Shown here: positions 13,347 to 26,974 of the stretch, piece by piece
Numbering within the stretch: the first letter of the stretch is position 1
How the letters are laid out: every line of letters begins with the position of its first letter
DNA from: Hypanus sabinus
Taxonomy: Eukaryota
Length of the DNA: 64,000 nt
Direction: 5' to 3'
NCBI RefSeq assembly: GCF_030144855.1
Contig: NC_082709.1
Coordinates: 128,774,001 to 128,838,000, forward strand
Notes under the pieces: model-generated
Told to the model about the DNA's origin: nothing
The model's input: the letters and a program-made list of their open reading frames with translations, nothing else
Database searches by the model: none
Translations under genes and position numbers: made by a program

Positions 13347-14844
13347 GTAAGTAAATGGCCTTATCTATTCTGGACAGATTTCTATGTCTTTTAGGTACTC
13401 ACACAGTAATTTGATCATTTGGCTTCAAGCCATTATCAAACATAATTGCAAAATAATTTACAAAATATTGCATTGTGTTTGAATACCAAGTGTAGGCTCA
13501 TTTTGAATTCCATTCCTAATCTTGGTTTATTGTAGTTTACACATGAGACAAAGACTACATTGTACTACATTGAATCATTGGAGCACAATTTCAGTCACAC
13601 TTGATTAATTGAATATGATTTTGATTGCTTTAAATCCCATATTTTGTGCTAACTCTTTTTTGTTTGCTTTGCTGACTCTCAGGCCTTGATTCTTTTCAGG
13701 CTTTAATCCTAACTCTCTTTTCATGTGGGCAGTGATATGTGAGCTCAGAACTTATGAAGTTACCTGCCACATGGGATCCTTAGTACTGTAGTTATTGTGA
13801 TCTCATTGCAATGGACTTATCTGTTCCTTCTTAGGATCTTAACATCTCTATCACAAAGGAAAGATTGGTGTCCCTTTTTTCATAATTATGTGTGCAGATG
13901 CTGGAAAAGTTTTAGAAAAACAATGAAGGCACTTCTATCGTATATACGGTTTTTGCTTGTAAGGTTGGAAAAATTATGAATATATTTTTCTATTATTAAA
14001 TTATCTGTTTACCTTGCATCTGCTGCAAAGAGACTGGCCAAGCTGTTATCAGATTTGCCATGAGGTCCTTGCTGGAATATAGGAGACAAACATCACATCT
14101 TATAGATTATCCTTGTCTTTGTTCATTCTTCATGAACAAGGATGGAATAGAGGAAGATGAAAGAATAACTGTGCTTTCCCATTCCATGCAGTCAATATTA
14201 TTGCAATATTTTCTACAATGAAACAATTACAAAATTTGTCTGCAATATATTGTGTACTCTATTTATTTCCTCCTTCATATGATATGGAAACAACTTTCTT
14301 TTCCACCATATAAATTGTTGACTTACCTTGATTGTTTCATGATAAGAATCCAGTGTTGTTATAGATATTGAAGATATAATGTGGAGCACCTTTTACAGAT
14401 TTCCTGAATGTGTAATCATTGTCAGCGCCTCAAGTCAAGATGAAATGATGCCAGTTGCACCATCAGTTTGGCACATTTGACCAAAGTTGCTCCAAGCTTA
14501 AATGAATTAGTCATTTTACTGAAGCAGTGCAACAGTAGAACATCTGTGAAATACACTGGATGTAAAGAATGCATACCTGATGTGCAGACACTGAATGGAC
14601 CTTGTAAAGTGTGAAAATTCCTTTAGTGACTTCATGGGATGGAATTTGTGATCTTAATGGCAGAAGAACTTCTGTTATTATATTTGTGATAGTGCATTAA
14701 ATGCAGGAAATCTGAAATTGCTGTGAATGATGCTGTAATCCTTCACAGTGTGTTATTAACGGTGTTTGTGCAGCTTTGGTCTCCTGCTGCAGAGCTTCCT
14801 TCCATTCTTTAATACTTTTCCCAGTAGTGTTCAATGTGCTAACA

Positions 14845-14969
14845 ACAACACACACAAAATGCTGGTGGAACACAGCAGGCCAGGCAGCATCTATAGGGAG
14901 AAGCGCTGTTGACGTTTCGGGCCGGGACCCTTCATCAGGACTAACCGAAAGAAAAGATAGTAAGAGATT
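14845..14969 (-). mobile_element. Penelope-like element 3' terminal fragment
   Basis: About 91% identical (11 differences in ~122 nt, manual count) to the reverse complement of the PLE tail at 57199-57320. Confidence 0.85.
14905..14944 (-). ncRNA. Minimal type I hammerhead ribozyme motif (PLE-associated), best-preserved copy in the window
   Basis: Minus strand reads gtc CUGAUGA A GGGU-cccg-GCCC GAAAC GUC; conserved CUGANGA and GAAA boxes, stem II, palindromic ACGU stem III and GUC cleavage triplet; stem I closing pair mismatched. Confidence 0.65.
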
Positions 14970-16278
14970 GGCTTCTTTGCCAAAATTTGCATTTCCATAT
15001 CAGTATTTGGCTGCTTATGTCACAGGCAACAGTTTGTTCTGAAAAGTCTATGGACGTAATTAATTGATATTTGGAAAATTTGAAACTATCCAGTGGAAAC
15101 TAATAAATGTAACTATTTGCTTAAAAAGTGTGAAATGCTAAATAAATGACACCACCACATTACAAGTCCAATACATAGTTATAAAAGTTTATATTTAGAG
15201 AATTTTATAATACAAAGAAAGCCATTCAGTCTAAGGTCCTGTTCATCTCTCAATGTTTTCATTTTGTTTCTTGAATAATTACAAAATAATGAATTAAAAG
15301 CTGTTTTGGCTGTTTGAAGGGCACCCCACACTCTACTTATGCAATGCTACTTCTTTCAATGTTTTGGTGGTGTTAAACAAATGCCCTCTTGGTACTGATA
15401 CAGCAACTGATAGGAATTACTCTTCTCCAACTCAGCCAATGTCCTATCATTGTGGTGACCTCCTGTAGAATCCCTCTTCACCTTTAGCCTCAAATGAATT
15501 GAATCTCTTTACTTAAGTAAAGCCTTCTGTCACCAGAATCAACTTTGCAGATTTCTTTTCAGCCTTTCACATCCTTTTAAAAATTACTAGGTATGGTATT
15601 CTAAGAGTGTTAATCTCCAGCAAGAACAATGAATGATATTAATAAAACCTTGACTGACATTGCTTATTGTCTATGGATAGAATTTTCCTGAATTACATTG
15701 CAATTTGAATCATGACCTGGAAATTTGCCATGGCTAATATTGGCAGGAAAATTATGGGAGATTAATCATGTTCAGTTATTAAATTGCCTTTTTTATAACA
15801 GGTTGCAGACAAACATTAATAATTCTGAGGAAGAAAACAGCCACTACGGTTGACGTTGACTTTCAGGATTCGCTCTGGAGAGCACATTGGCAACAAATGT
15901 TAAACAGAATATGAACTGACTGATTGCTGAACTACACTCTTACCTAGTCAGCAAAAGCTTGATTGTGTCCCCCATTGTCCTCATCTCCTTGAGGAACAAT
16001 TGTCAGCTCACTCATTTCTTCATTATTGGTTGACGATATGACATCAAGATTTACATCATATGGTTACCAGCCATTTGTACTCAGTATTAGCTCATATGAC
16101 CCATAGTAATGTCGCCATGATATCATGTGGCTTGTTTGTCAAACATTTTTGGATGGTGTAAGAACTGGCTACTTTTATCTGTTAGTTATCCATCAATAAA
16201 ACTAACTCTATTTTCATTCCTCCATGAAATTGCTTAACTTGTGGGCATATATCTATATCTCCTCCATATCTATAACTA

Positions 16279-16282
<4 letters not shown>

Positions 16283-16308
<26 letters not shown>
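16283..16308. repeat. (CT)n microsatellite
   Basis: Direct reading. Confidence 0.9.
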
Positions 16309-16309
<1 letters not shown>

Positions 16310-16714
16310 GCAGCAGTCAGATGCTTCTTTACAGTTTATCACCATAGCAACCCCACTCTTACCTTCTCAGAGGTACTTCTTTTGTCCTACCCTTCTCTTC
16401 CCCATCTTCTTTGAACTTAAAACCAGCATTTTCTTTCATACCTTGTTTTGACAAAGGGGCTTTGATCTGAAATATTAACCCTATTTCTCCTTCACAAGAT
16501 TCTCCTGACCTGCTAACTGTTTCCAGCATTTTCTCTTTGAGTACCTGGCTGAGAAACAACTCGTTCTAATTAAGATCGATAAAACAATTCCATTTTCTTT
16601 GGCCTCTGTCACAAGCTACAGTTCCTCACCATAATCTTTTTCATTTTGCTGGCTCCTGCCAGACAATTGGTAACAGTAATGCAATTTGACTCCGAACTTC
16701 GCTGTTTTTCTCTG

Positions 16715-16798
16715 CAGAGGTTCCCAACCTGGGATCCATGGGCATCTTGGTTAATGGTAAGTGTCCATGACATTAAAAAAAGAAGTTGGGAACCCCTA
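16715..16798. mobile_element. Short hAT/Charlie-type MITE
   Basis: Terminal inverted repeats cagaggttcccaacct / aagttgggaaccccta; no clean 8-bp TSD recovered. Confidence 0.5.
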
Positions 16799-17325
16799 CT
16801 CTACAGCCTCCTTATTACAATGATATCAGCTTTAATCTCTGCTATTAGCAATCTTTGTTTCTGCTTTAGCTTATCTGCTGTTTAAATTGTCCTCCATGAT
16901 TAGGTATTGACATTTCCAATATTATCTGAGGCAACCTCTCATCTTTCATCTTAAGTAACTATAAATGGAACCTGAAGCTGATATTTCTTAGATAAATAAT
17001 TATGGAATCATACAGCATGGAAAGAGCCCTTTTGCTGAACGCATCTATGCAGGCCTACCTTTGCTGGTTTGCTTGTGTTTGATGCATACAGTTGAGAGGT
17101 GTGAGGCAAGGTTGTATAATACTATTACAGGGCTGGTGACAGAGACTAGTTGGTTCATTGATCACGTAGGTGCAATTGGGTTTTGGAAACTCATGGGCTG
17201 GAAGGGCCTGTTACTATGCTGAATTTCTTTTTAATAAAAACCTATTAATTTAAAATCGAAATAGATTAAAAAGGACAGGAACCAGAGGAAAGGCTGTTAT
17301 CAGAATTCAGATTTTAACATTGCTA

Positions 17326-17467
17326 ACACGAGGAAATCTGCAGATGCTGGAAATTGAAGCAACGCACACAAAATTCTGGTGGAACGCAGCAGGCCAGGGT
17401 GCATAGCAATGTTAAACACACAAAATGCTGGTGCCTGGCCTGCTGTGTTCCACCAGTATTTTGTGTG
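17326..17467. mobile_element. Short palindromic PLE insertion with 13-bp TSD
   Basis: TSD tttaacattgcta at 17313-17325 and 17468-17480; PLE tail present in both orientations. Confidence 0.85.
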
Positions 17468-18274
17468 TTTAACATTGCTATTTTGGATTAGGCTGAAGAA
17501 ATTAGTCACCAGCAGGTTTTCACTCATCTATTTGCCGAATCATATCTACAAAATTCCAATAGGTTTATTGAACATGATTTTCCATATATAATTATGTATT
17601 GATTAACTAATATTTCACGTGTCCTATTATACTTTATGATGGATTCCAGCATTTTCCTTACTATTGATATTAAACTAAATGGTCTGTAGTCCCCCATTTT
17701 TGCTCTAATTCCTGTTTCTTAGTTGAAATAATTATCTGTAAATTTTCCTATAGTTGCTCCTTGTGTCATTTCCATAGCTGTTTCTTAAGTATTCGGGGAT
17801 GCAGATTATCAGGTCTGGAGGATTTATTGGTTTTCAGTGCCTTTAGTTTCTCCAGCTCTTTTTATTTACTGAATATTAATTCCTTCTTTCCATTAGTCTT
17901 GACTTCAGTGACTTCAGTTAATGTCGAGAGAGGGATTGAGTCAGGCAACAAGAGCCCTCATTTATCAGTATGTTTTTCCTGCGTAGAGACATGCAATTAA
18001 AAATAATCAAATACACCTAGTATTTTATATTTGGTGGCAGCTACAGTTGCTGTTGAAGGACTTAAATACAGTTCTGACCAGGCTCATTGACAGATTGAGC
18101 CCTTGGCCTCTGACATTTCTCCTGAAGTGTTTGCACATATTAGGAATTTGAAGCCAATCTCAAAAAGTTGTCAGAATAGTGCTTGTGTGGACTGGATGCA
18201 GGTCTAGTTGTTAATTTGCTTATGAAATAAACAATATTGCCTGTTTTTAATTTCACGTATTAAAGTCCTCTTCA

Positions 18275-18770
18275 CTTTCTTCCAACATGTTGGTCCATGG
18301 CCTCCTCTTGGGCCACAATGAGGCCACGCTCAGGATGGAGGAGTAACGCCTTATATTTCATCTGGATAGACTCCAACCTGATGGCATGAGTATTAATTTC
18401 TTCTTCTGGTAATTTTTTTTCCATCCCCCTCACCTTTCCTATTCTCTGTCTCTTTCAATTGCTGAATACCTTCCCAGGTTCCCTTCTCCTATGGTCCAGT
18501 TTCCTCACCTATCAGATCCCTCTCTCTCCAGCCCTTTACTTTTCCTACCCTCCTGGCTTCACTCTCACCCTTTAGCTATCCTCCTTCCCCTTCCATCACC
18601 TTTTTCTTCTGGTGTTTCCCCACTTTCCAGCCCTGAGGAAGGGTGTCGGCCCAATACGTCGACTATTTATTCATTTCCGTAGATGCTGCCTGAACTGCTG
18701 AGTTCCTCCAGCATTTTGTGTGTGTTGCTTTGGATTAGACTTCAGTATCTGCAGAATTTGTCATGCTTAT
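18275..18770 (+). mobile_element. Penelope-like element 3' fragment
   Basis: End of GIY-YIG ORF (catggcctcctc...ctccaacctgatggcatg), pyrimidine-rich UTR, degenerate hammerhead at ~18628-18665, and PLE tail. Confidence 0.8.
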
Positions 18771-19145
18771 ACTCTTCACATTGCCCTAAATGAAGGCAAC
18801 ATTTTGCCCTAAGTGCAAAATAACAAGCAAATTATGCTACTGCTTCGGAGTAACCTTGTAGTGTTTTTTTTGTCAAAAGCTCATTGAAATGAGGAACATT
18901 GGCATAGAGTGTACAAACATTAGATGCTGAGAATAGGTCTTTTTGATGTCTTTATACCCGAAACATTGACAATTTGTTTCCTCCCTTAGATGCTGACTAA
19001 CGCACCGAGTTCCGCTAGCAGATTGCTCGTTACTCCAGATCTCAGCATCTGTAGTCTCTTGAATTACCATAGGTCTTTTTGTTCTACTTAAATGTGCAGA
19101 ACCAGTCTTTGTTCAGAATTTTACTGTGTTATGGCACATTCAATT

Positions 19146-19208
19146 GCCAACATGGGCCTGGGTATGACCAAGTAATTATTACTTGGTCATACCCAGGCCC
19201 ATGTTGGC
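19146..19208. repeat. Perfect inverted repeat (31-bp arms, 1-nt spacer)
   Basis: gccaacatgggcctgggtatgaccaagtaat-t-attacttggtcatacccaggcccatgttggc. Confidence 0.97.
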
Positions 19209-20578
19209 GTAAACATTTTCGATACAACCTCATGAACACCAAGAATGGAAAAATTCTGCACTCACTTTAAAAATCTCATCCTGTTTTAAAAGAAGCTGGA
19301 GAAACTATTGATGAGCCACAACCTATGAAGCTATGAATCAAGAACTGAGAAGAGGGATTAACTTTGCTAACTTTGTAACTGTGCTGAATTATTTTATTTA
19401 GTGATTCTCCGAGGAGGACATGAATCTGCCTGATAATTAAAGTCTCTGAAATATATTCTCTTGTCTCGCAATCAATTATTCCTCCTGGAATGTAAGCATA
19501 ATTGCTTGAATGATTTCCCCTGTGAACCCTGAGGTCTTTTGTTCATTTGGCTGCTTCATTGGAAGGATAATAAAATGACATGATTTGAAATATCAAGATT
19601 TTAAACTGCTGTGTCACTCCTTATGACATGTGCAGAGTAATAGAACTTGACAAGCAGAAGACCTTGAGTATGATGTGTGATTTTCAGTTTGTCAGACACA
19701 TTTCTGGCCTCTGTGGGAGATAATAGAAGTGAGCATTGAAGGACAACAACTAACGACTTTCCATTAACTGTTTCAAATGACAGTTCTTTCTCATATGTTT
19801 ATTGAACTGATTGATACAATTTCACAAATATTGTTTAGATTTGGATCAGGTAGAGGTGTTAAGGATATGCTGTTTGGTCTCTTGTATATTATAAATAAAA
19901 ACTTCTGAAAGAAGCAAGACTAAGTAAGTTTAAGTTATCTCTGTCATGTTTGAAAATTTGTGCTTGGAATTGTGTTTAATTGCAGTCATAAACCTTGAAA
20001 AAGTAGTGTGCAAAAGCAAAATAGGGTGAATAGAGCTTTCAGTTCACATTCCAGTCAGATGACAAAGCACGGAGACTTTCAAGGTGTGCTCAGAAATTTA
20101 CTTAGTTTTGTTTAATCTGGATCGGTAGCTTCATAGTGATCATTTTGCTCTTTGTGACTTATGTATGGAAAAGGAAAATTTACATCTTGTTGAGCTGAAT
20201 TGGTTCACCCATTCCTGTAATTTGTGATAAGTGCAGTAAACATACCAGGACTTCTTAAGACTTGTGATTGGGGCATTGCATTTTACTTTTTACCTTATTG
20301 TCATTTTGGAAAAGCAAAATTGAATTAATCTCACTTTAGTAGTGTTCACCGTACTTCAAATATTGTTTGGTAACAATTAATCAAGCAAAATTGCATTAAT
20401 AATTCATTTTATCATCCAAGTCCCTGAATTTTTAAAATGTAGCTTGTACTTTGAGTATGAATTAAATTAAATTAAGCAAAACAAAATATCAGAGTACTTT
20501 GACAGAAATGTAAGTTGCATAGTTATCTCTTCGACTGGATCAATTGTAGACAATGACACCGCTTATTCTTGTTTCCAG

Positions 20579-20729
20579 ATTACACGAGGAGCTTATGGAT
20601 CTTCAGCAGCAGCAGCTGAAACATTTAGCTGATTGGTTAACAAATACAGAGGACAGAATTAACCAAATGGAGGAAATGCCTCTTGGACCAGATCTGGAAG
20701 CTTTAAAACAGCAAGTGGAGGAACATAAA
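20579..20729 (+). CDS. DMD: Dystrophin exon 12 equivalent (R2)
   Basis: ttccag|A...AAA|gtgagt; 151 bp; completes the split Lys codon from exon 11; LHEELMDLQQQQLKHLADWLTNTEDRINQMEEMPLGPDLEALKQQVEEHK, with the dystrophin-type PLGPDLE motif. Confidence 0.94.
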
Positions 20730-20739
20730 GTGAGTACTT

Positions 20740-20850
20740 TTGTAGGTTTTCAACCTGAAATGTCGACAATTCTTTTCTTCCCACAGACGTGCTCGGCCCA
20801 CTGTGTCTCTCCAGCTTCAGATTCTGCCATCTGCTGCCTCTTGTGACTCT
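20740..20850 (+). mobile_element. Decayed PLE tail fragment just downstream of the exon 12 donor
   Basis: ggttttcaacctgaaatgtcgac...ctccagc...catctgc resembles other PLE tails in the window. Confidence 0.5.
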
Positions 20851-23149
20851 TTAAAAGAATATGGAGTTTGCACAAATACTAAATTCATGAAGTTCAAAAT
20901 GCATTTATCATTAAATTATGTATACTTTATATAACCTTGAGATTCATCTCCTTATAGGCAACTGCAAAACAAAGAAACCCAGTGGAACCCATTTGAAACA
21001 ATAGATGGCTGTCAAAAAAAAACAAATAGTGCAAACAATAAAAGCAAGTAAGCAGCATTCAGCCTCAGCCTCAGTCCATCACAGAGATGAGCAAACCCTG
21101 TGGAACAGCGAGCTGAACCGGACCATCCTTCACCTCCGAGCCCCGACACCCTGACTATTTCAATCTGGCCCAGTGCCAAAGTTGTCAAAACATCAGGTCA
21201 TTGCTCGCTCTCTGCCACTTCGATACGCCCTCAAGTTTGGGCTCTGTCGCCTTGATTTAGCCAGTACCCGCCTTTCCATTTTGGCTCGGCTGTTAAATCG
21301 ATGATATCTCGGATATTTTCTCAACTTCCCTTTGCCTCCACTGTATCAAATTACTTCCAAGTCCGCTCCAGCAATTCCGGCCCGTACGTATTGCAACCAT
21401 CCCACTGCTCCAAGACCACAAAAAAATGCCAGGTCATACAGGCAATTCAGCTCAACTCCAACAGGGAAGCCACACTCTGTTTGCAGTGATCATTTACCAG
21501 AAAAAATGTGAATTATAAAGTATTTAGGTGCTTCTAGAATGGATTGAAAGTGAGTGGGTTTATCAATGACATTTAGGACTCTTTTAATGGGAAGAGATAA
21601 AACAAAGTTCCACCCACACTTGCTTCACCATACAGTTTCCACTTATGTTGCTAATTCAAAACTTCATATGGTGTTTCCTTTGTTAAATAAATATGTCAAA
21701 ACTTATCCATGCACCAAATAATTTAATATCAACAACAGAAAAGTTGTGTTATTATTATCATTTGATGTTTTTGCTTAAATAAACTAAAGGGAGAATTCAC
21801 CCAGTCTTGCTCTTCAGATAGCAAGACATAATTTGTTTTTTATTTGGTTTTTGGTTCAGCTGCCATCTTATTATCTTAAATTTCTCCTTCATCAGCCAAC
21901 ATGATGCCATCGCCTAGGCCCATTCTACTCATTTTGACTTGTTTGTCTAACACTTTATCTCAGAGTTTAACTGATTGGTCTTGATAATGAATAATCCACA
22001 ACGGTCCATTAATTTACATCAGAATGTTTCTCGATTCCCATATAAAGATGTGGCCAAAAAATAGCAATTTGAAACATTGAAGGACCAAATTCTGCTCCTA
22101 TTAGCAAAACAGTAGACATTTGGTTTGTGTCCTATAAAGCATGGCTCTTCAGATACCCAACTCTTGTATTCTATTCCTCTCTCAGTAAAGAAGCAAGTAC
22201 ACCAGACGTAGCCTGAAACACATTAACCACCCCACCTACAACTTTCAGGGATTTGTGATTTTGCACTCCCATTCCAAGCTTCCTCTGGATTTGCACCCCA
22301 CCTTCTATTGTTTATTGTCTTGCTTTGTTTACTTTCTGCCAAGGGAATCCCTTTGTCACTCTTGCAATGATCTAACCAGTCCATCGATATCTTCGCATAA
22401 CCTCGAACTAACTTCTTTGCTCTAAAATCACAATTTGCCTATATTTGTATTGTGAGTCAATTTCTAAAAATAAATTGCCATAACATACTACTCTCAAGGA
22501 ACTAAAATTCCTGGCAACCATTATCCATATGCTCCAGAACCAGTTCTTAATGCTACACACCACTTCCCCTTTAAACCCTGGAACATTATCCACAATTAAC
22601 AATGTTATTAAATATACCGACATTTAACAGCTTGGCTTTGACAGAATTGATTCCAGATTTACTTACTGCGTCCTTTAATAAAGCATTCCTGTTTGACTTG
22701 CTCTATGTAGCTCAGTGGTGTTATGGCCAGAATAACTTAATCACTCATAGAAATTACAGCCCCACACCAGCTTCTGGGAGTTCAATGTTTTCAAATCTCC
22801 ATTTTTTATGTTAGCAAAAACATTGAAATGATTCCATTCATATTTGCAAGTGACATGGTTTGCTATTGAGGTTTGGCGGACTGTCTATCCCGCCCCTCTT
22901 CTTTGCTCTAAGATCTTCCTGGAGTCTCCTTTTCTGCCTTTTTATTTGATCAAGCTTTTCAGACACCTTGAAATATGAATTTTCATACATTTAAAAGTGC
23001 AACAAATTGAAATTGTTGCACCGACAGCAGCTCTGCTGGAGTTGCTGACACCAGGAATATTTAGGGAAGTTTTTTTTATTAAGAAGATAAACACTGTTTG
23101 GTTCTCCTCAATTGAACAAGATATAACATGGATTATGCCATGGCACAAA

Positions 23150-23430
23150 TCTATTTATTTATTTATTTATTTATTTATTTGGAAATACAGCGTGGAGTAA
23201 GCCCTTCTGGCCCTTCGAGCTGTGCTGTCCCTGACATCCCTGATTTAACCCTAACCTAATCACGGGACAATCTACATGAACAACTGACCTACCTGGTACA
23301 TCTTTTGACTGTGGGAGGAAACTGGATCACTTGGGGAAAACCCACTCATTCCATCGGAATAACTTTGAACTCCGATGTCTTGAATTGCAATATAGTGTTG
23401 TGCTAACCATTCTGTTACCATGGTGCCCAC
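23150..23430 (-). mobile_element. tRNA-derived V-SINE/HE1-like SINE with (AAAT)n tail
   Basis: Core tgtgggaggaaactgga; tRNA-like head ggcaccatggtaacagaatggttagcac on the minus strand; (attt)n at the 3' end. Confidence 0.7.
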
Positions 23431-24112
23431 ATGGTTGCATCTCATTTTGTTGAAAGAGATCAAGCGGGTCAATTTGTCTTGGAAGCAAAACTATTTTCTG
23501 TTGGTGTGTTTGAAAAGCTTAGTTTTAATCATAAATAGCTCATGAAAAAAATAGCAGTAACCAAGTGGTTTTGCTTGGGAGACAGTTAACTGAATGGATA
23601 ATTTAGTACATCAGGTTCTCTTTTTAGAATCAATAAGACTTTGCATTGTCTCAGCAGTAATGCAGGATGGCGTGATTATTAAATGGAACCTGAGGCATGC
23701 TTTGATAATATTCCTACACAGTCTGCACCACTGGGAGCTCAAATGAGATCTAATAGGAGGTCTCTTTACCTGTTTATGACTTTTGAAAAGCGCTGACTGT
23801 CGATTCTGCCCCTCTTCTAGCTTTGCATGTGGTACTTTCAACTTGCCTGTGTAAAAAAAAAAAAATATGAATCTACAAGTTCTTGAAGAAATTTGTTTTT
23901 AAATCCTTGTCCAGGAAGTTTTTTTTAAAATAAGAAACAAACTCTAAATGTATCACTGAGGTAGAACTGGGGCCAGACTTGGACATGTAAATCTAAAAAT
24001 ACCAAAACTGTGCTTAAGCTATAGTTTATACTATTGTTGCACGTGAGGGAAAGTAGGGACATTTTCATTTTCTAGGAATCGTCTTTATCCTTGATTATTT
24101 GTTTCCATGTAG

Positions 24113-24232
24113 CTTCTTCAAGAGGATCTAGAGCAAGAACAAGTGCGAGTCAACTCTCTGACACACATGGTCGTGGTAGTTGATGAGAGCAATGGAGAAA
24201 GTGCCACTGCTGCTCTGGAAGAAGAGCTTCAG
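24113..24232 (+). CDS. DMD: Dystrophin exon 13 equivalent (not in the ORF track)
   Basis: tag|CTT...CAG|gtgaga; 120 bp; [40 protein letters not shown]. Confidence 0.95.
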
Positions 24233-24929
24233 GTGAGATCTGTAGATATCTTCTGGCCATGTAGTTTTACTTCGAGGATCCAAGGACATTATTGTGCCAC
24301 TAATTAATCTTTGGAAAAATGAAAAGAAAAATTACACTGCTGGAGATTCGAAATAAAAAGAGGTGAAATATTCAACAAAGCAGGAAATATTTGTGGAGAA
24401 ACAGCTGATGTTTAAGTCTGATAGCCTCCCATTGGCAATAAATTTGTCATATATTGCTCAGTTTTTGGCTGGAGTGAAAACTTTTCAATTTGATTTATCC
24501 ATGACGAAGATGTTTGAAGCCTTTATTTAGTTGTGTTAGAAAATACTGTTGGACACACAGAACTGTATTTCTTAGTCCAGCAAAACAAAATGATTGGCCC
24601 ATCCATTCAGGCTTTAGAGGGAATGGGGAGATAGCCAGTGAGATGAAAAGATAAATCTGGAAGTTTAGAATGGTGTACTTAGGTAGAAAAAAATTGAGGG
24701 ATAATTGCATTTTGAAGAAACCTTGATGGAGTTTTGAGGGAGCTTTACACTGTTCTAGAAGCTGCACTTCAGTTGAGATGATAGACCTTGGTGCCATCTT
24801 ATTTTTCAGTTGCTTATAAAAGATTATGTAGCACAATTTTCACAGAATAATAGAAATAGACTGACAAAAAAGGGCCCTTTTGGCTTAACTCATCATTGGC
24901 AATTATGATAACTATCTATGCTAATGTAG

Positions 24930-25935
24930 GTTGATACTTTATTGATCCCAAAGGAAATTACAATGTTATGGTAGCTTTACAAGTGCACAGATATACAAAT
25001 ATACAAGTATTAGAAGAGAAGTAAAAAAGAATAAAAAATAGGTTACCTCAAACTGTCAGGAGAAAGGGGTCATCACTTCCTCATCTATAGCTTAATTCAT
25101 TATAGAGCCTAATACCCTATTAGTGCCCTTTGGAGCGGTGCAGTTGTCTTAGTCTATTATTAAAAGTGCTCCTCTGTTCAGAAAAGGTGGCACACAGAAG
25201 GTGTGAAACATTGTCCAGAATTGCCAGGATTTTCCATGGGGTTTTTTGTTCTACTGCAACCTCCAGTATGTCTAGGTTTTTGACTCCTTCTATGATAGAG
25301 CCAGCCTTCCCAATCAGTTTATCACCCAGGTTTATGCCACTGCCCCAGCACACCACTGCATAGAAGGTAGTACAACAGACTGGTAGAACATGTGAAGGAG
25401 AGACCTATGTAATCCAAAGGACCTCAGTTTCCTCAGGAAGTAGAGGTGAATCTGGTCCTTGCATACAGCCTCTGAGTTGGCGTTCCACTCAAGTCTGTCA
25501 TCCAGGTGCACCCCGAGGTAGTTGGAGGTTCTCACCGCATCCATGTCCTCCCATGAATAGTAACAAGGAGCAGTGCAGGCTGTCTTCCTAAAGTCCATCA
25601 CCATCTCCTTTGTCTTACTGATGTTTAGCTGCAGATGATTCAGCTTGCACCCTTTGACAAAGTACTCCACCACGGCCCTGTATTCATCTTCTCATCCTCC
25701 CTTTATGCACCCAACTATTGCTGAGTCATCAATGAATATCTCCAAATGAGGTGATTCAGTTTTGTATCTATAGTCCATGGTATACACGGACAATGGGAAG
25801 GGAGCCAACACAGTCCCGTGTAGACCCCCTGTGCTGCTTATAGCCATGTCTGACACACAGCTGTGAAGCCACACAAACTGTGGTCTGCCAATCAGGTAGT
25901 CCATTGGCCAGGATGCAATGGAAGTAAAGAACACA
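24930..25935 (-). mobile_element. Rex-Babar-type LINE, 5'-truncated RT and 3' end
   Basis: Translated fragments DYLIGRPQFV, FIDDSAIVGCI, LQLNISKTKEMVMDFRK, YLGVHLDDRLEW, LYFLRKLRSFG. Confidence 0.85.
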
Positions 25936-26974
25936 AGCCATAATATGTTTCATTAGCTGTGAAGTGTCTTGTATCATTCCAAGAGGAATGTGAATAGTAT
26001 CACAATTATTTTTATTGGTTTTAATAAGGAGGAAGAAGGAAGAATGTAAAAGCACTGCTTAAAACAATTAGAGAAAAGCAGGGAGTGCTGAACTTGGCTG
26101 GAAGAAACTGATTTATACTTAACATAGAGTCTTTTGATAACTTTTGATGCTGGCTTGGAAACTGTTAAATTTAATGAGGTTGAGAGTCAATAAGACTTAG
26201 ATAAAAATGGAATCCTGCCAGGAAAATTATTCCATGTCATAAATATTAGTTACAGTGACTGATATAAAAAATGCTTATATGTGCCTTGCCATTGTTCTCT
26301 ACATGGGTGGTAATCTTTGAGAATACTGTTAGTTGCAAGGAAATTTTCCTTCTGTTTACCAGCGGTAGAGTAGAGTGCTTTGCCATTGAATACTATTTGA
26401 AGTGAACCACTGTTTCTGTCCTAGCACTGGTACATTGCAATATAAGAACATGCTGACCTAAACATAGAAACAGGGAAAAGAGGTGATCTGCTTGTTAGAG
26501 GTTGAACTTGCAATGTCTCTTTTAAAGTTCAGGCCCAAGGCAAAGTGCATTAAGTATTGCAATGCTGAGGTTATTCAAATGTTCTCATACTTTGAGGTTG
26601 TGCTTTGGATGTTTCCAAAGTCTTTGATGTGGTCAGTGGTATATCAAAGCAAGAGGAATGCAATTTAAGTCAGAGCCACCGAACTTTCTTTCAAATCATT
26701 GTCCCTCTGACTCAAATTCTATTTGCTTTGTGAGGATTTTTTTTAATGGTTCAGTTTACAAATTAGGAAAGTAAAGGTTGCAATTTTGCACTTGAAATCA
26801 CTGCCAACCTCTCTTAAGCTACCTGCATTGAATATTGCAATATAAAAAAATCCATTGGAATCTTATTGACTCATTTGGCTATATTGAGTGATAGTATATA
26901 GAACATAATTTATTGCATGTGTTAATTACCATGTGTTGCGTGTATTATTATCTGTGAGTTATTATTTATGATTT

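Noticed and set aside
14980-15030. PKFAFPYQYLAAYVT resembles dystrophin exon 9 (PRFKSYAYTQAAYVT)
   Set aside because: Lies in intron 11, out of exon order, with no convincing splice sites and only a short match; probably chance. I found no true exon 9 in the window.
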